Assembly: GCA_964016885.1 (NCBI GenBank)
Contig: OZ024748.1
Location: forward strand, 50,344,001 to 50,408,000
Origin: Eledone cirrhosa
Lineage: Eukaryota
Reading direction: 5' to 3'
DNA length: 64,000 bases
This document shows positions 56,898-64,000 of the stretch, one piece after another. The notes beneath the pieces are model-generated. The model ran no database searches. It was not told the origin of the DNA and was given only the letters and a program-made list of their open reading frames with translations. Position numbers and translations under genes: made by a program. Each line of letters starts with the position of its first letter. The first letter of the stretch is position 1.

Positions 56898-58206
56898 AAT
56901 ACTAAAGATTAAGTGATGTCAATTTTGAGTATCCAGAAATAATATGGTCATTGGTTTTTAATAGCTCCCATATACCATACACAATTTATCCTTGTTATCT
57001 TTGATGATACAATAGTAATATGGCCGTGTGCTACGATTCTGATCTTGGGCGCCATTGTTAAAGCCAATTGTCTCTGCCGCTTGTCTAATATATGAGAGAC
57101 ATTAATTTGTATAATTTTAGTCTACATCTGCCTATTTAGGCTTTTCTCCATTCTATATTTGATGATGCGATGGTGGTATGAGTGAGGACTAAGTTTCTGA
57201 TCTTGAACGGCGTTGATAAAGTTCAATGATAAAGTTATATTGCCTAATTACAATATATTTGAATTCTTTGATTTGTAGGCTGTTGGTCAACAGAGCTTCG
57301 TGTGCATTTTCTGTGCATAATCTTTTCATAACCTTGTCTTGTGTTTATAGTAGAAAATAAGGATTTCTAGTATAGACACAAGGCAAGTAGTTTGGGGGGA
57401 AGGGAAAGTCGATTAAGTCTACTCCAGTACGGTACTGGTGCTTTATTTTATCGACCCCGTAAGGATGAAAGGCAAAGTTAACCTCGGCGGGATTTGAACT
57501 CAGACCATAAAGGGCCGTAACTCTATGCTGTTAAGCATGGTGTCCGACTCACTACTGATATTGCCAACCCCCCACCCCCACCCCCCTTGTATAGTAGAAA
57601 ATAATAACATTATAAAATAAAGGTAAATAAGACGATGTATATTTGCTGTTGTTTACATCATGTTATTCAGAAAAAAAGCTCAATAACCTTCCAAACATGA
57701 CTACTCTGCATTTCTCGGACGCATTCCGTATCTAGGAGTACCTTTTCCAATGTCTTCCTCCATGTTTAAGACTTGAGAGGGGAATTCTTTGAGGGAGATT
57801 TGGGTACTATTTATATCAAAATATAGAAGCATCCACATGAAAATGGTGACATATATATTTGTTGTTTAACCCAACATCTATTCTGACTTATGTTGATCTA
57901 GTAATCAATTATTAAACATTTCAATTTTTAAAATAATTTGGTATGACTTGGCGGACACTTGGCTGTTATTTCTAGCAGTTTTATCAACAACATAGGCGCC
58001 CCTATGTTAGTTGGATGATGTATATGCGTTATTAAATGGCTATCTTGACTCTACCACGTTATAATTGTTTCAGTATCAACAAATCACAATATAACTTGTA
58101 TATTTAATATTTCTGGCTTGCTATTCTATAAATCACTAAAATATCAACATTTGATGTGTCAGTAACATCAACAATAGCAACAAGACGTAGATAAATACTA
58201 ATAACA

Positions 58207-58397
58207 ATAATTATTTCTACTTTTGGCACAAGGCCAGCAATTATTCCAGTGTATTACTGGTACTTTATTTTTTCGACGCCGTAAGGATGAAAGGCAAAGT
58301 TAACCTCGGCGGGATTTGAACTCAGTCCGTAAAGGGACGTAACTGTGCTGCAGAGCATGGCGCCCGGCCCTCTAACGATACTGCCAATCCACCGCCA
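58207..58397 (-). mobile_element. tRNA-type SINE, near-complete copy
   Basis: The - strand has an A-box-like TGGCAGTATCG and a B-box GAGTTCAAATCCC. Other copies lie at 13860-13952, 18465-18568, 27297-27405, 28480-28536, 35360-35443 and 57365-57570, with 55520-55645 in the opposite orientation. Confidence 0.8.
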
Positions 58398-58572
58398 AAT
58401 ACTAATAACAATAATGAAGAACAAACAAACAAAATACAACAGCAGTAATAACACTTATAACAACAATAACATCATCAAGTGTAAGGAATTTCTCTTAACG
58501 TCCAACAGATGAAAATATGAAAATGAACTAAAAAAGAACCCACATCCTCCCCCTCCTCCTCTTCCTTATCAA

Positions 58573-58608
<36 letters not shown>

Positions 58609-58668
58609 TATCAATAACGACATCATTATCATAAAATATAGAAAAGTTATAAGAAAATTGTACGATAG

Positions 58669-58732
<64 letters not shown>

Positions 58733-59482
58733 GTATATATATATATATACACGTGTGAGTATATATAAAGAGAGAGGGAGACAAAGAGAGAGACAGGCAG
58801 TCAGATAGACGGGCAAATATACATAGATTAAATGAGGAAGAAAGAGACGGTCTAATAGAAATAGAGACTGTGTGAAAAAAAAAAAAATGGTGATACATCA
58901 CGAAAACCACCTCCCTCATAAAAAATAATTAAATATGAATAAAACAACAAACAAATGAAAGCTAGAAAAACAACAACATAATAAATAAATAGAAAACAAA
59001 ACAAATAAAACAAAATGTTTTCTGTAGAAAACATGAAACTAAGAATTGTTATATTTATCTATAGTATTTACCGAATAGCGAGACATGGTGAGAAAAACGC
59101 TCTGGAAACTTAGAAATTATAGAAGAAAAACAGCGGATATTAGTTAGGCACACGTGATTCGCTCATACGTCTTCATTAATATATTGAACATTATTAAAAT
59201 GGTATGTGTGTGTATAAGTGTGTGCTATGCTTTGCTGAGAAATATCATGAGGCGTCTACTGTGTGTTAGTGTATATGGTGAGCTAGCTGTTTTCACCTTC
59301 CAAATCATCTACTACTTAATTGTCGCACGTTTCTTTGGCGACACCTTGCTTTCCTATGTATGTATGTATGTATGTATGTATGTATGTATGTATGTATGTA
59401 TGTGCTCATGTATGTGTGTAAGTATGTGTGTATGCATGTGTAAGTATGAGCGTATGCATGTGTATGTATGTGTATGTATATA

Positions 59483-59549
<67 letters not shown>

Positions 59550-59638
59550 TAGTACCATTGTCGTTGTATTTTCTTATTTCAGTTTTGTCTATCAGCTTTT
59601 ATTGGTTCATCAACACATACACATACACACACACGCGC

Positions 59639-59687
<49 letters not shown>

Positions 59688-59979
59688 AATACATATGTAA
59701 CTGAAGGTGTTGCCAAGAGACGTGAGACATCTAAAAAGTTAAGAATTTTGTCGGTTCAGACGCACACCTCGTATATATATATATATATACACTTATTAAT
59801 ACAATATTTAAAAAACTTTCCTATTTTTTGTAAATATACATAACATCTATAATTGTATTGCAAAATAGAAAGTCGAGAGATATATTTTAAATTCTTGGTA
59901 ATGTGGTAGGATTTTCGAAGGAAACGTTGATATTTATCCACATATTTCATAGAACGCTGTCGTTACGATACCAAGGAAG

Positions 59980-60152
59980 TACCGTATTTCCCGGCGTCGA
60001 AGACGCTACTTTTTTCCTAAAATAAGTCTCAAAAATCAACCATGCTTCCTGGAGGCCGAAGGTTGTTAAATATTTGTTTTTCAAATTTTTGGTTGTCAAA
60101 ATAAGGGTGCGTCCTCGAGAGCGAAGCGTCTTCCACGCCGGGAAATACGGTA
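59980..60152. mobile_element. pogo/Tigger-like MITE
   Basis: TA-CCGTATTTCCCGGCGTCGAAGACGC ... GCGTCTTCCACGCCGGGAAATACGG-TA, giving ~25 bp TIRs with a TA duplication. Confidence 0.8.
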
Positions 60153-60500
60153 CATTTATATCCATATGAACATATTATTCGCTTAGTTTGTGGTAATGTA
60201 CCACTGGCTTTTTATTTCGAAGCTAGAGAAAAAAGTGTCACTGTATTTCATTTTTCTGTTATATGGCAATGGAGTACAAGAGGTGGTGGTGCCATAATAG
60301 CGTTCCAAGATTTCTGCACACACACACACACACACAACCACAGACTCCCCCTCTACCTCTCTCTCTCTCTCTCTCTGTATCTCTCTCTGTATCTCTCTCT
60401 CTCTCTCTCTCACTCCCCCCTATATATATCTCTCTCTCTATATATATATTTCAGAAACGTATACACACATGCCGCACACAGACACGTGGTGATGATGATG

Positions 60501-60635
<135 letters not shown>

Positions 60636-61577
60636 CATATATACATATATAATAATAATAATATTTATAGTGCTCCGGTGATACCAAACGAAAGTTTGGA
60701 AGAAACGATTGACAGCAATAAAATGTTTTGAACATAGCTTTGATTATTGTGTAATTTATATATATAATACACATATATATATATACATAAGTAAAGGATA
60801 AAGAGGTAAAGACCTCTTTCGATGACGAATGACCTAAAACTTTACATTCTGAGGCACAAGTCCCGGACCAGGAGTCATCCATGCACACCAGCCTCCATTT
60901 TCCACGCCACCGATGGTTTCCAAGAGGAAGACAATGGCCAATACACCTTCGCATCTGTAATTCATTTCTACAACTCATTTCTACAGCTCATTTCTACGGC
61001 TGAGTAAACTGGAGCAAAATGAAATAAAGTGTCTTGCTCAAGGAAACAACGCACTAAGGTGTCCATCTTTTACCAGTTTTGCCCGATGGATTAATTAAAT
61101 GAATAATCAATTAGTTAGAGGTTAATAAAATTATAAGTTTTCTATATAACTCTTTATCTTATTCGCTCCCGATTTCACTTGCCCATGTCTAGGTCAAATA
61201 CCAGTGGTCCTACACCACTTAAACTTTTAGCGAAAGCCATAACAGCTCTGAATGCTGTCTGATACGAGCATTCCTTAGGAGGTATACCATCGGTAAGGTC
61301 CATCTGGTTCTCATTTCATAGAAGATTCATGTAGACCCCTTTCTAGCTGTGTGCATAGAGAACATTTCCTTGAGACTATATTCAATAAAACCTGGCGTAG
61401 AACAATTTTGCTGAAGTCTGCCTTGTAGATAATAATCCTACAAAGTTAACATTTAACGCTCCAGCTTTAGAGGCGCGTCGTCTAAATGGAAACTAGACAT
61501 CTCTCGCCAAACATGCAATGCTTCCCATGTATAGAGACGTACTTCAATTGAGACGGAGTAAGGCAGACATATTCATT

Positions 61578-61635
<58 letters not shown>

Positions 61636-61818
61636 AATACTACGTACACGATTCAAACTGACTTGATATACCTTCTATATAAGCATGAAAAATACCCGGC
61701 AAAAACTGCACAACCCCCACTGCTACGAATTTTCACATGCGTGTCTGGGTGTGCAATCGCGTTTGAGAGAATATACATGCATCATTCTTTTTCTCTCCCT
61801 GTATATATATATATATAT

Positions 61819-61901
<83 letters not shown>

Positions 61902-62220
61902 AGTGTGTGTATATATATATATAGATGTTCGTGTATATAGATAAATACGTATATATAAATAACTACATATACATATATTTAGTTCAGAGGCAATGTTTTT
62001 TCTTGTATGATTTCAGCAATTTTTATTTTTCTTCTCAGGTTTAGGTTTCCAAAAAGCTGGAAATATCGTGACTAAATTTATGTTATTTTCTCACAGATAA
62101 TTTGCTTTGTGTGTGTATATGGTATATTTATTCTTGCTTGTAAAATGATGGATGCATGCCTTACGATCTCTGTCTCTTGCTCTCTCTCACACTAACTATA
62201 TGTATATATAAAGGTTATAT

Positions 62221-62302
<82 letters not shown>

Positions 62303-62318
62303 CATATATATATATATA

Positions 62319-62384
<66 letters not shown>

Positions 62385-62712
62385 ATGTATATATATATAT
62401 ATATATATAGTCTGTGTATGTCTTTGAATTATCTTCATTGGAAGGAGAAACCTAGTAATTATAGGTTAGACAACAACCAGTGTTTGGTCACTTTCACTTC
62501 TCTCTTTCTATCTTACTACCTTCTATGTTCCAATTCCATCTCTATTATAACTTTCTGTCCTTGTTTTCTCCTCCTTCTTCACCTATATATCTCCCCATCT
62601 GACAATCAAGACATAACTCCAACCATGAGCAAACGGACTTTACCAGACGGTAATACGAATCAGTTCATTTCATTTCTCATTACGCCATCGGTTTAAGCTT
62701 GAATGCAGGGCA

Positions 62713-62749
<37 letters not shown>

Positions 62750-62750
<1 letters not shown>

Positions 62751-62833
62751 ACATTTTACACGTTTTTATTGTATGTAAACTTCCCCCTTTGTATTTGTCC
62801 CCTTCTTTTGTGCCCCTGTGGCTAATAAAGAAA
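62750..62833 (+). mobile_element. Tx1 3'-end fragment between two (TATC)n tracts
   Basis: Near-identical to 24787-24870 and ends GTGGCTAATAAAGAAA. Confidence 0.85.
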
Positions 62834-62835
62834 TA

Positions 62836-62902
<67 letters not shown>

Positions 62903-63074
62903 ATCTATCTATCTATCTATCTATATCAGTCTGTCTGTCTGTCTGTCTGTCTTCTTCTTCTTCTTCTTCTTCTTCTTCTTCTTCTTCTTCTTCTTCTTCT
63001 TCTTCTTCTTCTTCTTCTTCTTCTTCTTCTTCTTCTTCTTCTTCTTCTTCTTCTTCTTCTTCGCAAAACCAGTG

Positions 63075-63105
<31 letters not shown>

Positions 63106-63122
63106 CACACAGATACACACAT

Positions 63123-63158
<36 letters not shown>

Positions 63159-63556
63159 GTATATATATACACACACATATATATATATATATATATATGA
63201 GGGGCTACCACACATTTCCCGTTCGATAGAAGGCATTGATCAACTTGAGGCTACGTTTAGCAATTGGAGGCGAGGGGAACAACTAAAATCCCACCGATCC
63301 CATGCCTATAAATAAAATCAGCCATGCCTGTGCGGTCGTTCTCCTCGCCATATATGTATATATATATATACATACATATATATATATTCTCCTCACCATA
63401 TATGTATATATATATATATATATATCTGGTTGTGGAACCAACCAACCAACCAGAAATTTATAAATTTGTAAATTTATAAATATTTAATAAATTAAATTGA
63501 AGTGAAAGCAACTGGTGCGTGTGTTTCTTATTGGCAACATGACCCTCCCAAAGTAT

Positions 63557-63624
<68 letters not shown>

Positions 63625-64000
63625 ATATATACTCATAAACGTCCTCGCTGATCATTACATGGTCGTTTCCAATTTGATATAAAGATGGTGATGGTGAAAG
63701 AACAGGAACAGCAAAAGGCCTTTGGCTAAATAATTACTCCAATACATATTTGATGCCAACAAAGGTAAACTAGTAAAAACTAGGAGCACAAACCGCTGTG
63801 TTGACGGACGTAATGAATGATAAATGATTTATTGCCTCGGTGGTCTTCCTTATCAAAAATAAATGAGTCTAAGCAAATGAGGTGTTTGGAGAATTTCAAA
63901 TAGGTATATATGTATATGTATATATATACACACATATATGTATATATATATATATATATATATAATTGGCAACATGACCCTCCGAAAGTATAACAATATA

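Overview
This is a 64 kb AT-rich, microsatellite-saturated eukaryotic window. The repeat content suggests an octopus or other cephalopod, which is an inference. No host protein-coding gene is convincingly visible, and almost all ORFs in the track are simple-repeat translations. The real coding content is retroelement-derived: an apparently full-length two-ORF L1/Tx1-type LINE (45.8-51.6 kb, +), a 5'-truncated R4/Dong-type RT+RLE element with an open ORF (41.0-43.4 kb, -), a decayed Penelope-like element (PLE, 16.8-18.8 kb) and two internally deleted RTE-like units (43.6-44.9 kb). There are also many tRNA-type SINEs, MITEs and minisatellites. Two patterns stand out. First, the elements partition by microsatellite: Tx1 copies sit at (TATC)n, the R4 copy in (CATA)n and PLE remnants at (TA)n. 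Second, several families of short non-coding fold-back elements in (TA)n carry hammerhead ribozyme motifs, about a dozen intact or decayed, one family with a non-canonical CCGAUGA core. All coordinates and pairings were read by eye and are approximate.
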